DNA of 64,000 nucleotides from Methanobrevibacter sp. (lineage in GTDB: Archaea > Methanobacteriota > Methanobacteria > Methanobacteriales > Methanobacteriaceae): NCBI GenBank assembly GCA_022775905.1, contig JALFJX010000037.1, positions 83 through 64,082 on the forward strand. The letters are read 5' to 3'. The position numbers were made by a program, and so were the translations under genes. A model generated the notes under the pieces. The model made no database searches. It was not told the origin of the DNA and was given only the letters and a program-made list of their open reading frames with translations. Below, one piece after another: positions 28,155-37,050 of this stretch (position 1 is the first letter of the stretch; each line of letters opens with the position of its first letter).

Positions 28155-28484
28155 ATGTCAAAATTCTGTCCAAAATGTGGTGAAAAATTAACAGATGAAG
28201 CTAAATTCTGCAAAAACTGCGGAGCAAGTCTGGAAAACAGACAAACAAATACTCAAAATTTCCAGCAATCAAACCAGTATTATCAAGTTCCAAAAGTTGA
28301 AAATGAACACAAAGCCGCAACAATCATAGGTTATATCTGTGCTGTTTTAATACCTCTGTTTGGATTGATTTTTGGTATTTATTTGGTAACCCGTAATGAC
28401 TCTGATAAAGCAAACCGTCACGGAAAGATTATAATTGGTGTTTCTGTAATAATTTGGATCATATCATTCTTATTAATGAGATGA
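28155..28484 (+). CDS. Zn-ribbon membrane protein (2 TM)
   Basis: 109 aa with a CPKCGEKL...CKNCGASL ribbon, a Q/N-rich linker and two TM helices. Confidence 0.75.
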   Translation: MSKFCPKCGEKLTDEAKFCKNCGASLENRQTNTQNFQQSNQYYQVPKVENEHKAATIIGYICAVLIPLFGLIFGIYLVTRNDSDKANRHGKIIIGVSVIIWIISFLLMR

Positions 28485-28491
28485 ATATTTT

Positions 28492-29676
28492 ATGTATAGT
28501 GGATTATCAGATTATTTAAGATTAGACAGCAAAAAAAGAAGGGCAATCGATGAATTAATCCGTTCTATTGAAAATGAAGTCCTTTTTGAATCCAGTGAGT
28601 TTGTCCCTGAATTATCAGATTCAGAATATTATTCACATGAAGATTGTAATGAGGATGCTTGCATTTGTCTTGAAGAACCAGAAATTCCAAAGACAAAATA
28701 CTGTCCAAAATGCCATAGGCAATATCCTGAAATGGAAAATTTCTGTTCTGAATGTCTGATTCGTCTTAAAAGAATTGATGATATCACAAAAGTTAGGGAT
28801 ATTCAATCAAAACCAAGTTTTGAGGTTGAAGGATTTAAATCCTATACAACATTTGAGGAGATTTTCACTCCTGAAAACATGGAAAAAATCCAAAATTTTA
28901 AATTTACACCTCAAAAATACAATAATATAATAAAAAACATCAAAATAGCTGCTTTAAGTGAATTCGACAATCTGGTCAGGTCAAATGAAATGGTTCTTGA
29001 CTACTTAAGCATATTGGATAAAGTGCTTCTGTTTACAAAATCATTTGTTGAAGTCGACTATAAATCATACGGCCAGGAATTGGGTGTATTCACATTTAAT
29101 AAAATAGATATTGATGACAGACAGGTTGATGGACTTCAAATAACCACATTGACTCATGAACTTTCACACTTTTTAATAAAAGAGATATTGTCTCAAATCA
29201 TTTGCAGCATACTTGACTGCAATAAAAATTCATTGATAGATGCAATTTCCACATTCATATTGACATATTCGCCGTTAAATAGGCTGATTGATGAATATTC
29301 AGCGCATACTGTTGAAGGAAGATTCACTGCATACGGATATCAGGATTACTCTTCATTCATCCAGATACAGGAATCCCTTAAAGGTGAAATGCCTGAAGAG
29401 GAAATAGAGATAGCAAAATCCATTGGAAACACATTTTCCATAACAATCAAGGACATTCTTGAATCATATCTTGATGATGATTTAAGGCGTGAAATCAAAG
29501 ACCAGTTCCTCAATGATACAAGAGACAGTCCAAAATATGAAATGCTTGCATATGAAAACTGCAAGCAGCTTACAAAAAAAGGTTTTATGCAGGCAATATG
29601 GCTTATATTAAGCGAAGGATTTGAAGTTGCAAACAGACATATTGAAAAACTAGAATCATACGAAAAGGCTTTTTAA
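28492..29676 (+). CDS. Zn-ribbon protein with HExxH metallopeptidase-like motif
   Basis: 394 aa with a CPKCHRQ...CSEC ribbon at residues about 71-88 and HELSH within ITTLTHELSHFLIKE. No TM helix. Confidence 0.6.
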   Translation: MYSGLSDYLRLDSKKRRAIDELIRSIENEVLFESSEFVPELSDSEYYSHEDCNEDACICLEEPEIPKTKYCPKCHRQYPEMENFCSECLIRLKRIDDITKVRDIQSKPSFEVEGFKSYTTFEEIFTPENMEKIQNFKFTPQKYNNIIKNIKIAALSEFDNLVRSNEMVLDYLSILDKVLLFTKSFVEVDYKSYGQELGVFTFNKIDIDDRQVDGLQITTLTHELSHFLIKEILSQIICSILDCNKNSLIDAISTFILTYSPLNRLIDEYSAHTVEGRFTAYGYQDYSSFIQIQESLKGEMPEEEIEIAKSIGNTFSITIKDILESYLDDDLRREIKDQFLNDTRDSPKYEMLAYENCKQLTKKGFMQAIWLILSEGFEVANRHIEKLESYEKAF

Positions 29677-29690
29677 AATTAAATACAAAA

Positions 29691-29990
29691 ATGATTACCA
29701 TGAATATTAAGGAAAGAATTATACAATTACACTTTGAGCAAACAGGAAACACCGTTGAAATCAGTGATGTGCTCTTGACCATCATTTCAAAATTTCAATT
29801 ATTTGAACCATGCCAATATTTATCTGAAGATGACGACTGGGTAAATGTATCTTTGGTTTCTATTGAAGATGAAAAGTCTTCACAGGCAATGTCAATTCTT
29901 AAAAAGGAAATAACTGCATTCGGTGTATTCAAAAAAGATGATGATGAAGAAATTACCGCACCTGCAGTATCACAGGACTTGTACCAATGA
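29691..29990 (+). CDS. hypothetical small acidic protein
   Basis: 99-aa ORF. Its stop overlaps the next start in ATGA (29987-29990). Confidence 0.5.
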   Translation: MITMNIKERIIQLHFEQTGNTVEISDVLLTIISKFQLFEPCQYLSEDDDWVNVSLVSIEDEKSSQAMSILKKEITAFGVFKKDDDEEITAPAVSQDLYQ

Positions 29991-30280
29991 AGGAAATATT
30001 CATAGAAGCTGATTTTGATGTAGATGAGATTACATCAAAAATTAACAGTTTAATGTCAAAATGGTCCATTCAGCTTCTGGATATCAATGGACCCAATTGG
30101 ATCGTATTTGACTATGATATGGAAATCAAATATGTATTCATATTCAATGTTGATTTTAGTGACATTGAAACACGTATAAAACTAGAAGATTTGAAATTGA
30201 ATGTTATCCATCATATTGAAGGCTTAAAAGACGAGACTACATATAGGGATAACTTGATTAATGGTGTTTTTTTCGATTAA
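29987..30280 (+). CDS. hypothetical small acidic protein
   Basis: 97-aa ORF, translationally coupled to the previous ORF. Last gene of the same-strand cluster. Confidence 0.5.
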   Translation: MKEIFIEADFDVDEITSKINSLMSKWSIQLLDINGPNWIVFDYDMEIKYVFIFNVDFSDIETRIKLEDLKLNVIHHIEGLKDETTYRDNLINGVFFD

Positions 30281-30294
30281 AAAAATAAAAAAAG

Positions 30295-30320
30295 CAAGAA
30301 TTAAAATTAATTAATTCTTG
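30295..30320. terminator. AT-rich 10-bp inverted repeat between convergent genes
   Basis: CAAGAATTAA-aattaa-TTAATTCTTG read directly, preceded by A-runs and followed (on the other strand) by T-runs. The right arm overlaps the stop of the minus-strand gene. Confidence 0.35.
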
Positions 30321-30654
30321 TATTGTAATATCTAACACCTTGGTCATCGTAGGTATACCATCTGTTTACCTCTTCATCGAACTTTTCACCAATAACCGGC
30401 ACGTATGAATCGGACTGAGGATTGTATACCTTGTAGGTAGTATTGTTGTTGGTTAAATTTTCATCATTACGCGGGGAATTGTCTCCAACGACAGTGGTAT
30501 TCTCTTCAACACTGGTGTTAGTGTCTGTTGCAGTGGTGTTGTCAGTGATGTTTAAATGGGTGTCATTGCCATTAAACATTGTGTAAGCACCCACTGCTAT
30601 TAATGCAACAACAAGAATTGCTATTGCAATGAGTAAAATATTTTTATTTTCCAT
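30307..30654 (-). CDS. N-terminally anchored Asn/Thr-rich small surface protein
   Basis: 115 aa with a TM helix ILLIAIAILVVALIAVGAYTMF, followed by at least 6 N-x-S/T sequons (NIT, NTT, NTS, NTT, NLT, NNT). Confidence 0.6.
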   Translation of the reverse strand: MENKNILLIAIAILVVALIAVGAYTMFNGNDTHLNITDNTTATDTNTSVEENTTVVGDNSPRNDENLTNNNTTYKVYNPQSDSYVPVIGEKFDEEVNRWYTYDDQGVRYYNTRIN

Positions 30655-30725
30655 AATTACACCTTGATTATTAGTTTTAATGAACTACTATATTAATCTG
30701 ATATGTCATAATCATCAATAATGAA

Positions 30726-31640
30726 CTATTCAAATTCAGGGTGTTCTGCTTTAATTTCATTGTAGATTTTTTCTTTTACTTTATTACGGTCAGCATCAAA
30801 GTCAACGATTATATCAAAATTGATTAATTTCTTGTCTTCCTCTACATGAATCCGTGAATCTCAAGTACTTCCTCATATTTTGATGCAATTTCATATAGTC
30901 GTCACGAATTTCATTATAATTATCATTTTTAGCATAGATTCCAATAGTTAATCCTATTGAAAATTCATCATATATTTTATAGGAAATATTCCTGGTTAAT
31001 TTTTGAATGTCATGTGCGGTATATCATCATCAACCTCAATATGGACTGATCCATGCATATCTTCAGGTCCGTAGTTGTGAAGGCTTAAATCATATGCTCC
31101 ATAAACTCCAGGAACCTCACATATTGATTCTTTTATTTTACGGGAAAGTTCCGGGTCAACCCTTGCACCAATCATGCTGTCAACGGTTTCCCTGAGCATA
31201 TCAATACTTGCCTTGATGATAACAATGGAGATAATAACACCTAAAATTCCTTCAAGGGAAATGTGGAAGAATATGGATACGATAGCTGCGATTAATGTTG
31301 AAAGGGATAAAATTGCATCAAAGAATGCATCGCTTCCGGAAGCTACAAGTGCCTGTGAATTGATTTCTTCACCAACATTTTTAACGTATTTTCCAAGTCC
31401 CAATTTTACCAATACTGCAACTGCAACGATGACAAGTGAAACTGTAGTGTATGCAGTAACATCAGGGTTAAATATCTTTGGCCATGATTCCATAAATGCA
31501 GTAACTCCCGCCCAAAGCACAATAGCTGCAATGATTACTGATGCAAAGTATTCAATACGTCCATATCCATAAGGATGGTTCTTGTCAGGTGCCTTACCTG
31601 CAAGCTTTGTTCCGATAATAGTAATAATTATTATTTTTGA
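30726..31640 (-). pseudogene. cation diffusion facilitator (CDF) transporter, 5'-truncated with at least 3 frameshifts
   Basis: The open frame starts without ATG at ..IIGTKLAGKAPDKNHPYGYGRIEYFASVIIAAIVLWAG.. (CDF TM2-3 signature), so TM1 is missing. ORF 30996..31520 carries the rest of the TMD and ..VPGVYGAYDLSLHNYGPEDMHGSVHIEVDD... The C-terminal domain continues in other frames (HDIQKLTRNISYKIYDEFSIGLTIGIYAKND.., LYEIASKYEEVLEIHGF, VEEDKKLINFDIIVDFDADRNKVKEKIYNEIKAEHPEFE-stop at 30726). Confidence 0.75.
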
Positions 31641-31693
31641 GTAAAAAGTTTAAATACTGTAAATTTTAATAATACCTTTAATGAGGTTTATTC

Positions 31694-32233
31694 ATGTCTA
31701 TTTATGATTTTGAAGTAAACGATGGTGAAGGTAACACTGTTTCCCTTTCACAATATAAAGATAAAGTGCTTTTAATAGTAAACTCAGCTACCAAATGCGG
31801 TTTTACACCACAGTATACAGAATTGAATGAAATTTATGCAGAATTCAATGAAAACGGTTTTGAAATATTGGATTTTCCATGCAACCAGTTCGGAGGACAG
31901 GCACCGAGATCTACAGAAGAGATTACTCAAGTATGCCGTTCAAAATGGCTTGTTCCATACACAATTTTCGACAAGATTGAAGTAAATGGTGAAAATGAAT
32001 CACCTTTATACACCTATCTTAAAAAGGAACAGCCTTTCAAAGGAATTACAGGTAAGGGTGCAACAAAGCTTAAACTGGTTTTGACTGCAGTTGACAGACA
32101 TTACAAGGACAATGATGACATCAAATGGAACTTTACCAAATTTTTGGTTGACCGCCAGGGAAATGTCATAAGACGCTTTGAACCGACCGAAGATTTAAAT
32201 GATGTAAAAGAGGCTATCAAGTCCCTTTTATAA
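31694..32233 (+). CDS. glutathione peroxidase-family thiol peroxidase (Cys type)
   Basis: 179 aa carrying LIVNSATKCGFTPQY, FPCNQFGGQ and KWNFTKFLVDRQG, which are the GPx family signatures. The catalytic residue is Cys (TGC), not Sec. Confidence 0.9.
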   Translation: MSIYDFEVNDGEGNTVSLSQYKDKVLLIVNSATKCGFTPQYTELNEIYAEFNENGFEILDFPCNQFGGQAPRSTEEITQVCRSKWLVPYTIFDKIEVNGENESPLYTYLKKEQPFKGITGKGATKLKLVLTAVDRHYKDNDDIKWNFTKFLVDRQGNVIRRFEPTEDLNDVKEAIKSLL

Positions 32234-32336
32234 TTTTTCTTTTTTTGATGCTGTTTTTCACAGAATTATTTCAATAATGATTTATATCTGAATTTATAAA
32301 TATAACGACAATAAAAGTGAGGTCGTTGATACAATT

Positions 32337-35183
32337 TTGATTAAATATCATAAGAAAATTTTAACAATTTTATTATTATTTGCATTATTGTTTTTAACAA
32401 TCGGTTGTATTTCCGCAAGCGATAATGTCACTGATGCTAATTCAACAGAACAGTATAATGCAAATAATATTTCTACGGTAAATAATACAGTAAATGATGA
32501 ATCTGATGCTCATTTGAGTAATTCAAGCAATTCTTCTTCTAATTTTAATAATAATTCATTAATTACATATGATGATGCATACGAAAAGACCACCATGGAA
32601 TACTCTTCCATCATATCTGACTATACATCAGGAAATGTAATCTACAATGTTAAAGTCTATTCAGTATTGAATTTCAATGGAACTAAATATAAAGACCCTA
32701 AATATAACTCTCTTGTCAAATTAAGAGTATATACTGGTAGTAATTATAAAACTTATTCTGCATATATAGGTAATGACGGTATAGCTTCAATTAAAGTGCC
32801 TAATTTATCAATAGGATATCACAAAGTTGAAATATTTTTCGATAATGTGAAAAGGGCAACATCCTATATCAAGGTAATCAAATCCACAACAAAAGTTTAC
32901 GCTCCAGCCAAGACCATAAAATTCAGGAAAAATACCAGCTATAAAATCAAGGTTTTGGATACACACAACAATTACGTTAAATATGTTATTCTTAAAGTTA
33001 AGGTGTATACCGGAACTAAATATAAAACATATAGTCTCAAGACAAACTATAAAGGTATAGCAACATTTAAAACCAGTGGCTTGTCCTTGGGAACCCATAA
33101 GATTATTATAAGTACATCCAACAAGAATTATAAAGTCAGTAAAACTTCAAAGATTGTAATTAAAAGAACTGTTTCTTCAATTACAACATTAAAAGCGATT
33201 GCATCTGCTAAAACGGTGCAGAAAGGCAATTCATATGATATTAAAATTGTGAATGCATATGATGATCCTGTAAAAAAAGTTTCACTCAAAATCAATGTCT
33301 ATACAGGTAAGAAAATTAAGGCATACTATGCTACAACCAATACCAATGGTATAGCGTTGCTTAAAACAAGTACAATGTCACTGGGAAGTCATAAATTAAT
33401 CATCACTTCAAATACTAAAAACTACAGAATCAGCAAAAGCTCTTCTGTGACAGTAAGCAAATCAGTTCCTTCAAATACCATTAAAACTACAGTATTGAAA
33501 AACGTGACCTATTATCCAACATCAGATGGAAAGTATAAGGTTAAATTAGGTTGGATTTCAAAGGCTGGAAGTTCATATCAAGTTTTAAGAAAAACAAATG
33601 GAAGCTATGCATTGCTTTCTACAGTCAAATCCACTTCATCTGTTGCAACATTCACTGATGAAATAGATGACAGTGCCAAATACATATACTCCGTTAGGGA
33701 AATAATTGTAAAAAGCGGCACTAACATTTTAGGACCATATGATTCAGAGGGTTTAAAGTTATTGAAAAGCCCTAACGTGTCTGTAGATTTCCAGAACCTT
33801 AAAGCAGAAATCACATGGGACAAAGTTAAAGGTGCAACAAAATATATTATTTTCAGAAAGGTTGGCCGTGACGGATCATTTAAATCCATAGGAAGCGTTA
33901 GTGCAAACGTATTCAGTTATACTGATGTTTATTCAAAATCCGCTAGCCAATTAAGCAGCATTCTCAACAGTGGCACATTTGCAGATCCAAGTTTCAATAG
34001 TCTGTTTTATACAGTACGTGCATGCACATCCAAAACTGCATATAGCATCACAAAGACCAGTTATGGTTTATACTTGGTTGATGGTGATTTTCATCTGGAA
34101 GCTCCATGTATCGTTTCACTTAAAGATAATAAAATTAAATGGGGTAAAGTTCCAAATGCCGACGGATATCTGATTCTTAAGATGAACAGTACTGATGAGG
34201 ACTGGGTTGTTATAGGTAACGTTACTCAAAAATCATCAACAACAATTACATTGAATTTGGATGATGTTGATAATGATTCATATTATACTGTAAAGGCATT
34301 TGCAGTTAAAAATGGTCAGATTGTCTATAGTGATTTTGACACAGGATTTTCTCTAATGAACTACTCACAGGAAAATTCAAAATATAGAATATTGTACTTT
34401 GGAGACAGCATTACATATGGTTCACCGTATAAATCAACTTCAACAAGACACATATTCTCCATTCCATATAGGGTAGCTGAATTGCTTGGATGCGTTTACT
34501 ATAATCCTTCCATTCCAGGTTCCACTTACCATGATTTGGGACAGAAAAATGGAGTGAACATTGAAAATACAAATTATTACAGATATCGTATTTGTAGGGA
34601 AGTTGTTGACGCGATAGCTGTTGGAAATCTCCCTGGAAACTGGAAAGATCTTGATACTTCAAAAAACAGTGAAGGGGAAACTAATACTTCCATAGATGAT
34701 TACAATATTGTTGTTTTATCCGCAGGAACCAATGACTATCTTGACAATACAATTTTGGGATCAATAAATTCCAAAGATACAAAGACTTTCTATGGTGCAT
34801 TAAACCATATTATGGATAAAATAGAAGAAGCAAGCAAAATGCGTGTTGAAAGAGGTGAAGAACCTATTAAAGTAGTCTTTGTCGATTTATATTATTCTGA
34901 CCGTACATATACTAATTCAATAAGGGAAAACAGGGATGTTACTCCAAACAAGATTGGTTTAACATTAACTGATTATCAGGATGCTTTAGATAACATATAC
35001 GATAAATGGAACAGCTGTGAATATTTAACATTATATAATTTCGATACAAGGGCTTATGACATTGTTAATCAGGACAATTGTCCATATACTGCATCAGACA
35101 ATTTGCATTTCTCAAAATTCACTTATGGACAATATGGTAATGCATTTGCAAGTTTCCTTGAAGAAAATGTTTTTTCTGATTAG
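32337..35183 (+). CDS. large surface (adhesin-like) protein: Ig-like repeats, FN3-like region and C-terminal SGNH/GDSL hydrolase domain
   Basis: 948 aa with a TTG start, an N-terminal signal/anchor and an N/S-rich stalk. Three about 95-aa repeats carry (V/I)(K/R/N)VYTG..YK(T/A)Y...G(I)A..K...(L/M)S(L/I)G.HK(I/L/V). The C-terminal domain has SGNH blocks ILYFGDSITYGSP (I), LSAGTNDY (III) and DNLHFS (V). Confidence 0.8.
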   Translation: MIKYHKKILTILLLFALLFLTIGCISASDNVTDANSTEQYNANNISTVNNTVNDESDAHLSNSSNSSSNFNNNSLITYDDAYEKTTMEYSSIISDYTSGNVIYNVKVYSVLNFNGTKYKDPKYNSLVKLRVYTGSNYKTYSAYIGNDGIASIKVPNLSIGYHKVEIFFDNVKRATSYIKVIKSTTKVYAPAKTIKFRKNTSYKIKVLDTHNNYVKYVILKVKVYTGTKYKTYSLKTNYKGIATFKTSGLSLGTHKIIISTSNKNYKVSKTSKIVIKRTVSSITTLKAIASAKTVQKGNSYDIKIVNAYDDPVKKVSLKINVYTGKKIKAYYATTNTNGIALLKTSTMSLGSHKLIITSNTKNYRISKSSSVTVSKSVPSNTIKTTVLKNVTYYPTSDGKYKVKLGWISKAGSSYQVLRKTNGSYALLSTVKSTSSVATFTDEIDDSAKYIYSVREIIVKSGTNILGPYDSEGLKLLKSPNVSVDFQNLKAEITWDKVKGATKYIIFRKVGRDGSFKSIGSVSANVFSYTDVYSKSASQLSSILNSGTFADPSFNSLFYTVRACTSKTAYSITKTSYGLYLVDGDFHLEAPCIVSLKDNKIKWGKVPNADGYLILKMNSTDEDWVVIGNVTQKSSTTITLNLDDVDNDSYYTVKAFAVKNGQIVYSDFDTGFSLMNYSQENSKYRILYFGDSITYGSPYKSTSTRHIFSIPYRVAELLGCVYYNPSIPGSTYHDLGQKNGVNIENTNYYRYRICREVVDAIAVGNLPGNWKDLDTSKNSEGETNTSIDDYNIVVLSAGTNDYLDNTILGSINSKDTKTFYGALNHIMDKIEEASKMRVERGEEPIKVVFVDLYYSDRTYTNSIRENRDVTPNKIGLTLTDYQDALDNIYDKWNSCEYLTLYNFDTRAYDIVNQDNCPYTASDNLHFSKFTYGQYGNAFASFLEENVFSD
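32611..33465 (+). repeat. three diverged tandem coding repeats (about 285 bp each) encoding Ig-like modules
   Basis: The protein-level periodicity is read directly from the translation (LRVYTGSNYKTYS.., VKVYTGTKYKTYS.., INVYTGKKIKAYY..). Confidence 0.7.
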
Positions 35184-35193
35184 TATTAAATAA

Positions 35194-35228
35194 GATGTAG
35201 ATTTTCTACATCACTTTTATTTTTTTTA
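35194..35228 (+). terminator. hairpin plus T-tract after the adhesin-like gene
   Basis: GATGTAGA-ttt-TCTACATC is a perfect 8-bp stem, followed by ACTTTTATTTTTTTT. Confidence 0.5.
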
Positions 35229-35391
35229 ACTCAAATTCATCTGAAATTCAATCATATATCGATAATAATTTATTTTAAAAAATGAATATATGATAATTAT
35301 TAATAATTTAAAAAAACATATTTTATTATAATAACTTCGTTTAAACAGTATAAACATTAATTTATTTTATAATTTTATAGGAGATAATTGC

Positions 35392-37050
35392 TTGAGTAAT
35401 ATGAACTCTATACAAAAAAATTTATTTCAGTTGCTAGTGGAATTTGATGAAATCTGTAAAAAGTATGATGTCAAATATCTTTTGGCTGCAGGTGCATCAT
35501 TGGGTGCAGTCAGAAATCGTAGCTTTATGCCATGGGATGATGATATTGATTTATACATTACAAGAGAAAATTGGAATAAATTAAGGCATATCCTGGAAAC
35601 AGAAGAGAATGTTCTCCCAGAAGGCCGTTCTTTTGTATATAAGGAAAACACTCCATATTACTCCAATGTACTTCCAAGATATATTGATGATACTACAACA
35701 ACACTTTATAGAAATCAGGCTTTGGCTGGAAAAGCTTGCGGCCAACATTTAGAATTGTTCATATTTGATCCGATTCCAAGTGATGAAACGGAAAAACAGG
35801 AATATCTTGACTTATTACATGTTTATACTGAATTGGTTTCACCTTACTTTATTGTAAACAAGCATGCAACCTATGAAAATTGGGACAGACACTACAATCT
35901 CTATAAAAAATACTGCGATAGGATTGATAAGGAAGGTGAAGATAAAGTAATCAATGAACTTGAAGCTATACTGCAACAGTATTCCATTGATGATTGTAAC
36001 GAGTATTGTATGTGTTGGGGAACAAAGGATTATATCTACGACAAGAAGCTATTCCAGGAAGGTCAAATGGGAATGTTTGAAGGTAAAGAATTCCCAATCG
36101 GTATACACCCGGAAGGTATTCTAAGAATAGCTTACGGAGATAGTTGGATGTATGTTCCTGAAGTTGAAGAGCAGATTGTTCATAATGGAATAAAAGAAGG
36201 TGAGAGATCTTTTAAAGATTACACTGATAAGTATCTCCATAAGATTAATCGTGAATCTGCATTTGAAAAGTTCAAGATTAATAAACGTAACAACATTGAT
36301 ACATTCTATCTTCGTCAAAAAAGGGAAATGTTAGTTACAAAAGAGAAAGTTCTAGTTGGATGCATGCATTTCAAATATAACTTTAAGGAAAATGAGGATT
36401 CATTGCGTTCCTTGCTTGAAAATGGAGAATATTTGGAATTGTCTGAAAAGTTTAGCGAATATTCATCATTGCAGGGAAATAGTAATGTCAGAAAATATAA
36501 GATTACTGTTCCGATAACTGATCAGAATCTTGCAACATTCCTATTGAATCTATTGAAACAGGGAAAATATTATGATATCAACAAATATCTAAGCATCCGT
36601 AAATTAAGTGAAGCTCCACTTACTGATGAATTGAAATCAATTGAAAAAGAAGTTGAATTCTGCAGAAAATTATCCATAGCAAGATATGATGATAAGGATG
36701 AAAGTTTAGTTCAGAAACTCATTGATGATTATGATGGTATTGTCACTGACCTACTGGATATTCTTAGGGCAAAACTATGGATTGAGGAAATCAATGCAAA
36801 ATCCACTGAAGATTATAATGAAATTGATAGGTTATGTGATGAGATATTGGAAAAATATTCATTTGACGGTGAGACCATGGCAATTCAGGCAAAAGCTAAA
36901 TCTGAATTAGGTCAAAATGATGAATCAATTGAGTTATATAAAAAAGCAATTATGAATACTAGAAACGGATTGATATGGCAAAAAGTAGAGGATGAATGTG
37001 GCATTAGCCGTATGGAAATGGAACGTGAAATAATTGAGGGGGAACAATAA
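35392..37050 (+). CDS. LicD-family phosphotransferase with C-terminal TPR-like region
   Basis: 552 aa carrying LLAAGASLGAVRNRSFMPWDDDIDLYITRENW, the LicD nucleotidyltransferase-fold signature including the acidic DDD(I)D cluster. TTG start 9 nt after AGGAGA; ATG 35401 is an alternative. Confidence 0.85.
   Translation: MSNMNSIQKNLFQLLVEFDEICKKYDVKYLLAAGASLGAVRNRSFMPWDDDIDLYITRENWNKLRHILETEENVLPEGRSFVYKENTPYYSNVLPRYIDDTTTTLYRNQALAGKACGQHLELFIFDPIPSDETEKQEYLDLLHVYTELVSPYFIVNKHATYENWDRHYNLYKKYCDRIDKEGEDKVINELEAILQQYSIDDCNEYCMCWGTKDYIYDKKLFQEGQMGMFEGKEFPIGIHPEGILRIAYGDSWMYVPEVEEQIVHNGIKEGERSFKDYTDKYLHKINRESAFEKFKINKRNNIDTFYLRQKREMLVTKEKVLVGCMHFKYNFKENEDSLRSLLENGEYLELSEKFSEYSSLQGNSNVRKYKITVPITDQNLATFLLNLLKQGKYYDINKYLSIRKLSEAPLTDELKSIEKEVEFCRKLSIARYDDKDESLVQKLIDDYDGIVTDLLDILRAKLWIEEINAKSTEDYNEIDRLCDEILEKYSFDGETMAIQAKAKSELGQNDESIELYKKAIMNTRNGLIWQKVEDECGISRMEMEREIIEGEQ

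Noticed and set aside
31694-32233. Possible selenocysteine in the glutathione peroxidase
   Set aside because: The active-site codon is TGC (Cys) in ..SATKCGFT.., there is no in-frame TGA, and the ORF is continuous.
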